This document shows, piece after piece, positions 1 through 12,586 of a DNA stretch of 64,000 nt; the stretch's first letter is position 1, and every line of letters begins with the position of its first letter. Both the position numbers and the translations under genes were made by a program. The stretch comes from Octopus sinensis. Its lineage: Eukaryota. The DNA lies in assembly GCF_006345805.1 (NCBI RefSeq), contig NC_042999.1:107570001-107634000 (forward strand). The letters are read 5' to 3'. A model generated the notes under the pieces. It was given only the letters and a program-made list of their open reading frames with translations, was not told the DNA's origin and made no database searches.

Positions 1-830
1 TACCCAATTTTAGAGAGAAATCCTATAAGGAATCGATTTATCGATTTTTCATCCTGATTGAATGGAAAACCCCATAAGGAGTCAGTTTATTGATTTTTCA
101 CCCCAAATAAGACTTAACTGAACACAATATTGCTGATTCAAAAATCTATATTTATATTTTAAAGCTTGTTTTCATACCCAACCCAGTTCTGCAGAATCAG
201 TGTTGTGATGGGAACGCATGAGTTGGGAGTTTGACCAGCAGAGGTGATAAGGTTGCACATGCTGGCCCTTTCAAAACCACCATCCCCATCATCTAACCCT
301 CTTTTACCCATGGATTGGGAACCCTTCCAGCAAGGAAAATAGAACGCCCAAAAGGGCTCCCAATCCTCTGTGTAAGAAGAGGTTATATTTGGATCACAAC
401 TAAGCCTTAACCTAAGCCTAAGTTAACCGAGTGAAAGGGGGCTCAAGAGCCTCTGAGAGGCCGTGACTATTCCCGATCTAGACCTAACCCCTCCTAGGAG
501 TACTATTGGTCAAGGCTGCATCAAAGATATGCATTGGAGAAGGTTGCCTTGGAGATCTGCATCGAAGATCTGCATTGGAGAAGGTTGCACCAAAGGTTTG
601 CATGCTATCATATATATATAGCAAGAAAATGGAGGGATCAATAGGTGGTTCATCAACTTTTAGACATTATATTATGTTAACTTATTTATTTATTTACTAA
701 ACTGACAATTACAATAAAATACATACATGAATAACATATTATGCTTTACATATAAGATATAAAATATACTGATATATAATGATACCAGTAATTATTACAA
801 GATAACATACATGAATATAAATTGAGAAAA

Positions 831-960
831 TAACTTACAGCTGTTTCAGCCAAGAGGTAAAAATACCTCATTCTACCTTTATTACTCAAGTAGACTGAAG
901 TAATAGATATATGAAATTGAGGTACTAGGGTATTTCTCTAGGCTTTGTCAGAGATCATAA
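831..960 (-). ncRNA. Decayed type I hammerhead-like motif with long stem II insert
   Basis: Minus strand: CTGACAA (951-945, CUGANGA with G8 changed), AGCC...GGCT stem II base (944-941/851-848), GAAA (847-844), palindromic stem III ACAGCTGT, GTA triplet. Stem I is only about 2 bp. Confidence 0.5.
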
Positions 961-1639
961 AGTACACACACATTTAAATACTTATATATATAGATATACA
1001 TATACATACATATATAAATATACATAAATACTTATATATATATATACTGAAATGTATATACATATTTGCATTTATAAGCATACATAATAATCAGTTATTA
1101 CTAATATTATTAATAGTAGATGCATTCTATTATTCACATCAGATATAATATAGAATATAATATATAAACAGATAATTTTAAGAATAGTATAAGGATAGTA
1201 TAGGTTCACAACCTCTAACTTTCTTGAAGTTATATACACACACACACACACACACAATGTCACCTTCTCTACTATGTATATATATATATATATATATTTA
1301 ATAACGAACCATGTAATTCACACTCTGGAAAATTTATTTCTGTAAAATGTTGGGAGTGCGTAAAATTTCTGGGGCTTCCACCTCACTCCATCCCATTTTT
1401 TTCGGACATCAAAAAGGGTTTTGTAGCATATTAGGAGGTCACAGGAATTCATTCAACGAAAAAAATTCCCAATGATTCTGAACAAAAATAAGGGATTTTC
1501 AGCATTTTAGGAGGTCAGAGCACTTGATTACACACAAAAAATCTGTGTTTTTTTTTCTATTTTCTCGGTGAAAATCGTGCAGGCATTAATCTAAAATTTT
1601 ACCCTTTTTTTTTCTTTCTCCCCATTGCTAGACAGGTGA

Positions 1640-2470
1640 CTTAACTTATATTAGCAAACTTACAGATTTCACCAACATGGAAATTGGTAAAAGTTATGGT
1701 TGAAAATCGATTTTTACCACTAGCTGTGGGTGCCTCGGTGAAAATAAGTTGACAAAACACAGCCATGATTGTGACCAATGTCCTCCTAAAATTAGAGTAA
1801 CATGCATGCTAATTTGTGGACATACATAAATTACATTCATGTACACACACACACATGCATCCTGCTTTTTATAGATAAATAGATAGATAAGTGATTTAAA
1901 ATATATATATTTTAATTGTTGTGTGAGAAAGTATATAATCTGATTATAAAATATTGTGTCTTTCAAAAACATCCTAAATTTGAATATTATATCTCGTGTT
2001 TAAGAAATAAAATACAATTTACATTTTTATTTTTGATGAACGCTGTCACTTACCCTCTCTCCCTCACACACACTTTCTCTTTACATTTTTTGTTAGACGT
2101 TGTCAAACTCTCTCTCTCCCTCTTACATACTTTTTCTTTACATTTTTTTTTGTTTGTTTAAACGCTGTCGAACTCTCTCTCCCTCACACTCACACACACA
2201 CACTTTCACTTCACTATGGCAAGAAGGGGACTTAACTCATGTTAGCAAACTTCAAAATTGGTAAACGTTATGGTTGAAAATCAATTTTTACCATTATCCG
2301 CAGGTGTCGCGGGAAAAATAAATTGAGAAAACCCAGCTAGGGTCGTGACGAATGTCCTTCAAAAATTGGAACGACATGTGTGCTAATTTGTGGGCATGCA
2401 TAAATTACATTCACATACACACACACACATACACATACACACAAACATCCTGCCTTTTATAGATATACAG
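1640..2470 (-). mobile_element. Two diverged fragments (about 1640-1890 and 2230-2470) of a non-autonomous Helitron-like family
   Basis: Shared blocks (acttaact..ttagcaaactt, ggttgaaaatc.atttttacca, gctaatttgtgg..at.cataaattacattca) ending in (CA)n + tcctgc.ttttatagat, which resembles the 5' end of Lep1-like Helitrons read on the minus strand. Confidence 0.4.
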
Positions 2471-2662
2471 ATGACTTTTTCTTATTTCCCTAGTGTAAAG
2501 CTAATACACTTGCTTGTTGTTCATACACCTGTCTTTGTCTTATGTTTTTCCATAAATTTCAACTATATATATATGGTCATGTACTACAGATGGATGAGGA
2601 GAGATGTGTGAAGAAGTGCCACATTCATACTCACACACACGCACACAAACACACACACACAC

Positions 2663-2701
<39 letters not shown>

Positions 2702-2721
<20 letters not shown>

Positions 2722-3378
2722 GCATTGTTCTGGGTTCAGTCCCACTGCATGGCACCTTGGGTAAGTGTCTTCTACTATAGCCTGTCATATATATGTGTGT
2801 GTTTGTGTGCGTGTGTGTGTGTGTGTGTGTTTGTCTGTCTGTGCTTGATCCTCCTCCATCACTTGACAACCAGTGTTGTTGTGTTTACATCCCCATAACT
2901 TAGCAGTTCAGTACAACAGACCAATAGAATAAGTACCAGGCTTACAAAGAATAAGTCCTGGGCTTGATATGTTCGACTAAAGGCGGTGCTCCAGCATGGC
3001 TGCAGTCAAATGACTGAAACAAATAAAAGAATAAAAGAATATATATATATATATATATGCATTGTTCTGGGTTCAGTCCCACTGCATGGCACCTTGGGTA
3101 AGTGTCTTCTACTATAGCCTGTCATATATATGTGTGTGTTTGTGTGCGTGTGTGTGTGTGTGTGTGTTTGTCTGTCTGTGCTTGATCCTCCTCCATCACT
3201 TGACAACCAGTGTTGTTGTGTTTACATCCCCATAACTTAGCAGTTCAGTACAACAGACCAATAGAATAAGTACCAGGCTTACAAAGAATAAGTCCTGGGC
3301 TTGATATGTTCGACTAAAGGCGGTGCTCCAGCATGGCTGCAGTCAAATGACTGAAACAAATAAAAGAATAAAAGAATA
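2702..3378 (+). repeat. 337-bp head-to-tail duplication of a truncated tRNA-derived SINE (family A)
   Basis: gcattgttctggg starts at 2722 and 3059. The two units look identical, including the (GT)n length. Confidence 0.9.
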
Positions 3379-3392
3379 TATATATATATATA

Positions 3393-3423
<31 letters not shown>

Positions 3424-3432
3424 TACATATGT

Positions 3433-3481
<49 letters not shown>

Positions 3482-3758
3482 TATAATATATATATAGTGA
3501 GAGAGAGAGAGAGAGGGGGGAGAGATAGACAGATAGATAGATAGATAGACACGCATACATGCCCACACACATACATATCTGTATCTGTTTCTATGACCAT
3601 ATATCAAACTATAATGAATGTGTCAGTATTTCTTATGAACAGTTTACACATCACTGTACTAAGCTGACAGTCCAGATATGTGTCTTAGTAAAGTTGTATA
3701 TTTATCTCTCTGTCAAAGTATCAGTCAATAAGTATATCAGTTATATCTATATATCTGT

Positions 3759-4750
3759 ACTAGCAGAGATACCCGGCGTTGCCTGGTTACATTCAATTGA
3801 AGAATTAGACTTTTCTGTTATATTTTCTGAATGAACTGGAATATCTATGTTTCGAATTTCATCAAAATTGCAGATGAGGGTTATTTCCCTCTTTACACAC
3901 CCTAAAAAAATTGTAATCGTGCCACATGGAAACCAAAAGACAAATGATCACAATAAGCAGTCAGTTACCCTACCCTAGTCGTTACCACTCCCAATGTAGG
4001 ATTCCTCTCCATCCAGGTGACAGGCACAGCCGTAAGATGCATTACGAATCTATAGCAATTGGAAGGGCATGACCCAACTGAAATCAACATTAACAACTGT
4101 GTGACGTGAGGGCTTAGGAGAAATTAAAGTGTCACCTCTGGAGTTTGCAAATGACCACTATACTGATACGTAACTGGACAGAATGAATTTAAAATCTATA
4201 AATGTCTTTGAATAACCAGTCACTCATCTGGGAAGGCCTTGTAATCAATGTTACCATCTGGGGACCGAGTGATAATAAAAAGACTGAAAGGAGGTCTGCA
4301 ATCAAATAACTTTACTCAATACTTTGCAACTGAATCAGTGGAAACAAAGATGCCTCTCATTTACTTAACAATTTATGCACCACATTGCAGAAATCACAAT
4401 GTAAGTGTATGTCAAAGCAAACTGTTACACTGCTTTACCATTGAATTAGAAATAATGCACAACTTTTATGCTCGAGTAACCCTACAGCTTCCAAGAGCAC
4501 AACTGTATTCGTTTTTACTTAGATAAAATGACAAAATTGTGGGTGTTAAGTCCTCATGGAGGGGGTCTTTCTAACTTTGTAAGAAGATGAAATTGAAATT
4601 TTATAAATATTACTTCATTTGTGTCTAATATGTATGGTTAAAATTTCATCAACAGCAAAAATATATGAATTGTCATGAGGGTTATGGCCCTTATGCTTAG
4701 AATATAATTTCCAAATTTCATAAAGATCCATTCAGTAATTTTGACCTAGT
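3759..4750 (-). mobile_element. Non-autonomous Helitron-like element
   Basis: actagcagagatacccggcgttgcctgg is the reverse complement of a GC hairpin + CTAG|T 3' terminus. Downstream ccaaatttcataaagatccattcagtaattttga block resembles this family. Right boundary approximate. Confidence 0.5.
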
Positions 4751-4810
4751 TTTGGATCATAAAAGAAATGACTAAAATTTGGGAGTTAAGGCTCCCATTA
4801 GGGTGTTTAT

Positions 4811-4990
<180 letters not shown>

Positions 4991-5474
4991 ATAAATTGAT
5001 TGATACAACTGAGTGGGCAAACAAAAATATGAGACACAGCCTAGTGCTTTTTTATGTAGATAAGACTAGTACTTATTCTATTAGTTTGTTCTTGTGAAAC
5101 CAGTAAGTTTTGTGGAAGCAAATAAATGAACAGCAGTTGTGAAGCAGTGATGAGGGTGAAACAGAGACACAAAGACACACATACACTTACATATATACAT
5201 ATATATATACGATTGATTTGTTTCCGTTCCTGTCTACGAAATCCATATCTATTGTTGTTGGCATCCTTTTTGTCTCAGGAGATAATTGAGTTGCGCATAA
5301 AATAATCTAGTCTGGCTTTTACATTTCATGTCCTAATACATCTCCTGCTGTGGCTGTGTAGTCCTATCCTGGACAAACACTCCCTCTGGCAGGTACCACA
5401 AATGTAGCGAAGACTTTTGTAAGAAATAGAACTTTTATCGTCGGTGTTAAATATATTTTCGCCAGTGTATATAT

Positions 5475-6545
5475 CCCAGGTCATCCCATAAGTTCTGTCC
5501 GAATTTTGGATAAAGAATACAAGTGATCAAATGTTATGTTTAATTGAAAGTTAATCATCAATGTACTTTCCCTGGTTATCTATGACTTACTTTCATCTAT
5601 TGACAAGCTTTTTAATCCCATCAATGTAAAACTCTTTTGGTTTCAAAGCGAAGAACTCTGAAATGTCAGGTTCGACCTCCTCCTGGCTTGCAAAAGTTAA
5701 GTCCCCCTAATAATTCTGTAAACTAAATATTCTAAAGGAGTAAGGTCGGGAGAATAAGTTGGATGAAGAAATTTTTCCAAACCGTCCTCTTCGATCTTCT
5801 GTGATGTGATCTTTGTAGTGTGGGGTTGCGCATTGTCCTGATGAAACATCACTCGTTTTCGACTCACTAAAGCGGCTCTTTTTTCCTTCAAAGCCTTGTT
5901 CAAACGCTCTAATTGCTGACAGTAGACTTGAGCATTGATTGTTGCATTAGGTGGTAACAATATAAAGTGAATTACGCCTTTGCAATCGCACCAGATAGAG
6001 TAGAACCTTTTTCCCATGAAGTTCCCTTCTCGGTTGTGGTTGAGCATTTTCCCTTTTACCAAGCCACTGTTTACGACGTTTAACATTTCGATAGAAAATC
6101 CATTTTTCGTCACAAGTCTATCGAAGAAGGGTGAAATGAGTTTGCGAGAATGGAGAGAAGAGCAGATGTCAACTCGGGATTTGCGGTTGCTTTCGGACAA
6201 TACATGAGGTACCTATTTTCCAAGTTTAGGAATCTTTCCACGTTGTTGAAGATAACGATGAACTGTTGTATTGTTTGAAGTAAGCTTTATTGCCAATTCT
6301 TCAACTGATAATGACGGATTTTCTTCAAGTAATTCCTCAAGGAGCTTATCATCAAACTCAACTGGACATCCTATTCGATCTTCATCTTCAATTTTGAAAA
6401 CGATCTCCTGCAAGTTCTTTCATTCAAGCACTTTCCCATAAACTGAGTGTATGTTTCGAGTCACTTCGGCTGCAGAGTTTCCTTTATTGTACTCATAAAG
6501 AATTATATGTGCCTTAAATGCTCCTTGGATACTTCCATGTTGAAA
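5475..6545 (-). mobile_element. Mariner (DD34D) transposon remnant; transposase pseudogene about 6538-5551, one TIR
   Basis: HTH region (ELAIKL..TVHRYLQQRGKIPKLGK), WCDCKGVIHF, FHQDNAQPH, YSPDLTPLEY, C-terminal DGIKKLVNR..GKYIDD*. Frameshifts present. TIR-like ccaggtcatcccataagttctgtccg at about 5476. Confidence 0.9.
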
Positions 6546-6559
6546 GGGTTTTAATCAAA

Positions 6560-7125
6560 GCAATTTTAAGATGGATCCATCTAAACAGCAAGGCAGCAAA
6601 AAGGTGATGGTGTGGTGTGGTTTGTGGAAAGCTCATGTTCTAGGACCCTTCTTCATTGAACATGTAACGGATGAGACTTATGTAAACATATTGAGAGACA
6701 AATTAATATCTCAAATTGAGCGCCTAGGCGGGGGCCTTCCGAATTGGTTTCAGCAGGATGGGCTTAATGACACTTTTCCTCACTGGATTGGAAGAAGGGC
6801 TCATATGAAAAGGTCCCCTCGTTCACCAGACCTTTCTCCCCTTGATTTCTTTTTCTGGGGTATGTTGAAAGAGAAAGATTACAATAAAGATTACAGATTT
6901 AAAACACATGAGAGAACGCATTACCAGTCAGTGTGCTTAAATTGATGGCAATGTAGACTTATTTAATCAAGTTCACCTGAATTTTGCAAGGTGCATCAAG
7001 TTATGCATTGAAAAATGATGCAAATCACTTTGAAAATATTATTTATTAACATTATAATTAAATAAAATTGGTTTGTTTTAAAATATGTGTCAATCCCCAT
7101 GTACGCAGACTTTGTGGATACCCTC
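6560..7125 (+). mobile_element. 3' fragment of a maT/DD37D-like Tc1-mariner element with right TIR
   Basis: VMVWCGL..GPFFIE, WFQQDG, WIGR, PRSPDLSPLDFFFWGMLKEK. Ends gactttgtggataccctc followed by TA. Confidence 0.8.
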
Positions 7126-7899
7126 TATTATTTTGTAAAACAATATTGAATTAGTTTAAACGTACACAAATTCATAAAAATAATTTTTAATTGAATTAGA
7201 CATTTGAAAATACTATTATATTTCATTCAAATCTAAAAAAAAAGGTAAAATTGGACAGAACTGATTGGATGACTTGATATATATAATCTATGATATTCTA
7301 GTAGGTTTCAAGTTTATAACACCTTGATATCATGTTATCTCATTTTATATGCCTAAGACGCTTATTTTCTATTCTGGTTTTTATATTTCTATACATTATA
7401 TTTGTATCTATAATTTATTTTAAGCCGAAACATAATACGATCCTTGTACAAACGAAAGAACAAGAATGTTCTCTGGAACTGTTATCTTCCACCGGTGTTT
7501 GTAATCGATGGTGACATGTGCGATGATTTTGAGACTATCTTATATTTTACAGAGAAATGTAAGCCATCGCTTTATGCATAATACAATATTTATAGTTCTC
7601 TATTTCTAACTCAAATTCTGTCCTCAATAATTTTAGATCTCCATTTCTAAATGTAATTCTTTTTCTTCTCGTTCAGTTTATAACTATAACACGCATTCTT
7701 GTCGGTCTCATGACAAATATTTTTTTTCTCCAGCGTTCACCACTTCACCTCGTTAGGGTTAAACAGCCCTTACCGAATGTTTTCACTGTCCTGTTTTTGT
7801 TAGCAGCTTTGACGTTCCACGTATCTCAAATTTTATTTAATTTCCTTTGGGGGAGCAATTACTTTGACGAAGACGCATCTTGTTGCACTGCTCCCAACC

Positions 7900-8187
7900 C
7901 AACCCAACCGTAATAGTGACACCAACGCCATAGCGTCGACTGTGGGCCAGTAGCTGTGTACAGTCGCCCCAATGGCGCCCAGAGCGAGCTCAGGTCGCAT
8001 TAGCGTCGACTGTGGGCCGGTAGCTGTGTACAGTCATCCCAATGGCGCCCAGAGCTTTGCCCATGACACTCCCCGGACCCTAAGTAAGGCATGTGTAAAA
8101 TTTGAATGAAATTGGTTGTGTAGTTCTCAAGTTTTAGGGATTCACACAGACAGACAGACACACATTCTCAGTTTCATATATATCGAT
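7900..8187 (-). mobile_element. 5' end of a non-autonomous Helitron-like (Lep1-type) element
   Basis: gtgtaaaatttgaatgaaattggtt...gggattcacacagacagacagaca...tttcatatatatcgat: (CTGT)n tract and A|TC terminus on the minus strand. Left boundary uncertain. Confidence 0.55.
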
Positions 8188-9086
8188 ATACTAGCATTAT
8201 GACCCTGTCGTTGCCGGGTCATAGTGCTAGTGCATGTATATATGTGTATATATATATGTGTATATATTACATGTACATCTATATATATATACATCTACAC
8301 ATAAAATACAAATTACAAAGTTATATCTTGATATCGCTAGTGATAACAATACTCAAAATATATAACAGACTGGAATTGTAGGCCCCTTTCTTGCAATTTC
8401 GATCAATTGGAGCTTGTACTCCCTCAAGTATAGAAGTGTGGCTACAATCCAGCCTACCTTTACTTCTGGGGGGACATTTTAAATTTTTATCCGGTACGTC
8501 CTACGTCCCAGATATAAAGGTAAAAATAAAATATTTCCACTTTGCAAGGTTCGAGTCGAGTACTCCGTTGCACGCTCCGTTGACTCGAACCTTGCTTGTA
8601 TTGTGGCGAATTTACCGCCTCTGGTTAAATATCTTTCATAGTCGCACCAAGACACTTTTCGACTGTGGGCCGGTAGCTGTGTACAGTCGCCCCAATGTCG
8701 CCCAGAGCGAGCTGTGGTTAGTCTGAGGCTATAGCAGAAGACACATGCCAAGTTACCACACAGCCACACCTGCCCCTGTGTGTGTGTGGGGGGGGGGGTA
8801 TCGGTATGTTTGTATGGGTGTATATATGTATGCATGTATATATGTGTATATATATGCGTACATATTACATGTATATCTATATATACATCTAGACATACAT
8901 GTTTACATATACATGTATATCTATAGAAATACATATACAGCTATACATATACATCAGTATATATACATGTATTTATATATATATATATATTTATATATAT
9001 ACATGTATATATATTTATATATATGTACATATGTATATATATGTATATATATATATCTATATATATACATATATAAATATATATAA

Positions 9087-9166
<80 letters not shown>

Positions 9167-9179
9167 CTTTATTTATTTA

Positions 9180-10678
9180 AAGCAGCAGAAAATTCAACAA
9201 AATCTGTTACTCTGAGTTTCTCGTTGCCGTTCATCAGACAGTTTTTGCTAGAATGGAACCGATATATCAATTCAATCTAGACTCTTACAAACGCTACACC
9301 TTAAAAAAAATGGACTTGTTTGATTGGCCCTTTAGAAATAACGGTCAATCTTCGAGCGATAAACAAAAAAAGCTCAAAAATATATGTATATATATATAAA
9401 AAAATTATAAAAATTATAAAATTCGAGGAAAAAACCTTACATTGAATAAAATACATATTGACGTTAATGAAGAAAGTATAATTAATGCATAGAAATTAAA
9501 ACCTATTATAAATATTACACTGCAATACATATTTATATTAAAGTGTACATATATATCAACATACACAGAAGGATGCGTGCAAACGCCATACATATACAGA
9601 CGTATAAATATAAATCTAAAATATACACATAAATGCATGCGTACATATATGTCCACAATCTATCTCGCACGCAAGTTAAAATCATCGATGTAGCGATTCT
9701 CATATACTGAGTAACGCTTAAGTAAGGGGGACGTAAAGTTGCATCAGTATCAGTTAGAGAAAAAAACGAAAGAAAGGAAGAGAGAGAAAAAGGAACAAAG
9801 AAGGGGGAAGGAAAAAAGAAAGAGGAGGGGTGGGGAAAAAAACGAAATAAGAAAAATTATGTAACAAGCTGCGTAGCCGCGTTATTGACATATATGGAGA
9901 CAAGTATACAAATACACAAGTTCGAATGGATACATACACATACAGTCGTGTATATGTGTGCTTAAGCACAAACATACGCTCACTTACACATACACAGATA
10001 CGCATGCTTACAAATACATATTCATGGCTATACACATACTTATATCAAAATTCTAATTTTTGACAACATTGCTTTTTTTTAAAAAAATGAGTGCAATAAT
10101 AAAAAATATATACGAAAGACATATAAAATAAAATATAACACCCTATTTGGATCATCTATAAATTAAAAATCAAGGTAATCCTATACAATACAATAACATG
10201 AAATAAACAAAGTCGAAGGTTTTTCCTAATGTATATGTAGAAATATAAGACTTTGCTATACGGAATGAAATCTGCATAGCGCGAAACAAAATCCATCGTA
10301 GCGTTTACATACTAGTTTAAGAGTCAAAATCAAAATCTCAAATCTCAAAAATACAAAATATATACTCTATCCATATGGTATATTTATATTCGACATTTTA
10401 AATTTAGTTGCGTGCCTACATAAGTTCATTAGCTCACTTCTTTGATTCAAAGAATTATTGTCTTTGAATAAAATGTACATTTTTTCTAATGGGCAAAGTT
10501 TGCATTTAAAATTATTTCTGTATGCACCATGCCTGTATGGTGCCGCTCTGTCCAGAATGCTCCATGTCACGTTGAAAGGTGGGGTTTCCTTTTCTTTTAG
10601 TTCCCAGACATATTTTGCTAGGCTGGTCCTCTTCCTATTCTCTGGGTATTTAAATGAATTTTTATGTGAATAAAATCG
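9180..10678 (-). mobile_element. Penelope-like element 3' part: GIY-YIG endonuclease C-terminus, long 3' UTR and hammerhead
   Basis: ERFYSHKNSF..RTSLAKYVWELKE..VTWSILDRAAPY..CKLCPLEKMYIL..LNQRSELMNLCRHATKF (10678-10370) matches the PLE endonuclease C-terminal pattern. Hammerhead lies about 1.1 kb downstream. Confidence 0.85.
9201..9244 (-). ncRNA. Minimal type I hammerhead ribozyme (PLE-associated)
   Basis: Minus: ctgt-CTGATGA-A CG GCAA CG A-GAAA-CTC A GAG-TA|acag. Stem I ctgt/acag, stem II 2 bp + GCAA loop with an A.A mismatch at its base, near-palindromic stem III, GUA triplet. Predicted cut between 9208 and 9207. Confidence 0.8.
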
Positions 10679-10805
10679 TTCACATAAAAATTTATGCTTG
10701 TGTATTTGTATACTTGTCTCCATATATGTCAATAAGCATATTACTCTACCACTGGTATTTGAGTACTCTTTTTTCCACCTTGTTTCACATTTATGTGTTT
10801 ACTCC

Positions 10806-10889
<84 letters not shown>

Positions 10890-10901
<12 letters not shown>

Positions 10902-11552
10902 CCCACATACAAGCAATTCGAAACAAAAATATATCACATACAGAAATTTTACACACATCACAAACGAAAACAACCATAGATACTCACACACACACAACAA
11001 TCTGAGGCAACAATACCACCGTTCCCCGGAACCAATATCACACAATCTCACAGACAACTCATACAAACAAAATTGCACCCAACATTTTTTAGCCCGGGAC
11101 CAGAGACACCAGGACACTAGTAATAACGAAAAACCGAAGATACTCAACCTTTCAGCCAAACCTCTCTCTAACATAAAAATTGACATCCTCTCAAAAGGAC
11201 TCAAATTTACGCCAACTCCACGCAGAGCCAACCAAAGTGAAGTCAAGGACAATATAACAGCATTATGCAGAAAATTAAGACTGGCAGAAGCATCAACCAG
11301 TTTCAATACTGAAGATGACTCACTAGTCAAAAACAAAAGTGAACACATCCCCCACAGAGGAAGAAATAAAGATCTTGACGAGTTCTGCAGCCACATTGAG
11401 AACTTTCCCTACCATACTATACATAAACAGACAGTTAAATCAAATTTTAGCACTGCACAGTGCTGATAGAACTTCAAAATGATGAAGATATAACCATTAA
11501 GGAAGCAGACAAAGGAAGTGCAATTGTAATAATGGATACTTTATACTATAGA
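10890..11552 (+). pseudogene. Penelope-like reverse transcriptase N-terminal fragment
   Basis: ILNLSAKPLS..ILSKGLKFTPTP..LCRKLRL, frameshift near 11460, then DITIKEADKGSAIVIMD. These are PLE RT N-terminal motifs. Confidence 0.85.
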
Positions 11553-11959
11553 AATCTTTCATGTATAAGCATGTATATATATATAGTGACATTGAAGGAC
11601 ACATCTTTCGATTTACAATCTAATATAGTAGAACATTTAGTATATGTCTGTATATGTATATATATGTGTGTGTGTATATATATATATATTGCCTGTTATA
11701 TACATATTATTTTTATAATTTACTTCATCTTTACTTTTTAATTGTCACTTTAATTTTAACTTTCCTATGATATACAATTTTCAAGATGGTGTAATTTAGT
11801 TGTTCATTTTGAACCGATAAAAGGTTTTTTTTCAAATATTTCATGTATAAGCGTGTATATATATATATAGTGGTATAAATATCAACACAATTTTTCCCCT
11901 TCCTCCCTTATTTTTCTTTTTCTTTTTTTGTCTCTCTCCCCTTCTCCAAACACACAGAC

Positions 11960-11999
<40 letters not shown>

Positions 12000-12345
12000 A
12001 CGGACACACACACACATTCAGACACACACACACCTCCACATAACGATCATAAAAAGTGGAAAGAATTCTTAAACCCAAAATGGCATTTGACCATCCTCAC
12101 AATGATAAAAGGAAATATAATTTATGGCCTACCTCCCCGCCATCACACACTCAGTGACACTGTGAAGTGGTCAAAGCTGAAATTCTTAGAACCCCCTTGG
12201 AGTCAATATTATGACCTACCTCCCCGCCACCACACACTCAGTTGAGTTCTATGTCTATTTATGGTGTCCTGTACACACGTATATATATTTATATGTGCAT
12301 GTATATATACATGTAGATGTAGGTACGTACATATATGTTTGTATG

Positions 12346-12580
12346 TATACTCTTTTACTCTTTTACTTGTTTCAGTCATTTGACTGCGGCCATGCTGGAG
12401 CACCGCCTTTAGTCGAGCAAATCGACCCCGGGACTTAATCTTTGTAAGCCCGGTACTTATTCTATCGGTCTCTTTTGCCGAACCGCTAAGTGACAGGGAC
12501 GTAAATATACCAGCCAGCATCGGTTGTCAAGCAATGTTAGGGGGACAAACACAGACACACAAACACATACACACACATAC
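12346..12580 (-). mobile_element. SINE family A, tail half
   Basis: ctcttttacttgtttcagtcatttgactgcggccatgctggagcaccgcc... shared with many copies in the window. Confidence 0.85.
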
Positions 12581-12586
12581 ATATAC

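Noticed and set aside
7936-7990. HDV-like ribozyme in the GC-rich motif
   Set aside because: Only about 14 nt lie between the putative P1 strands, too short for P2, P3 and L3.
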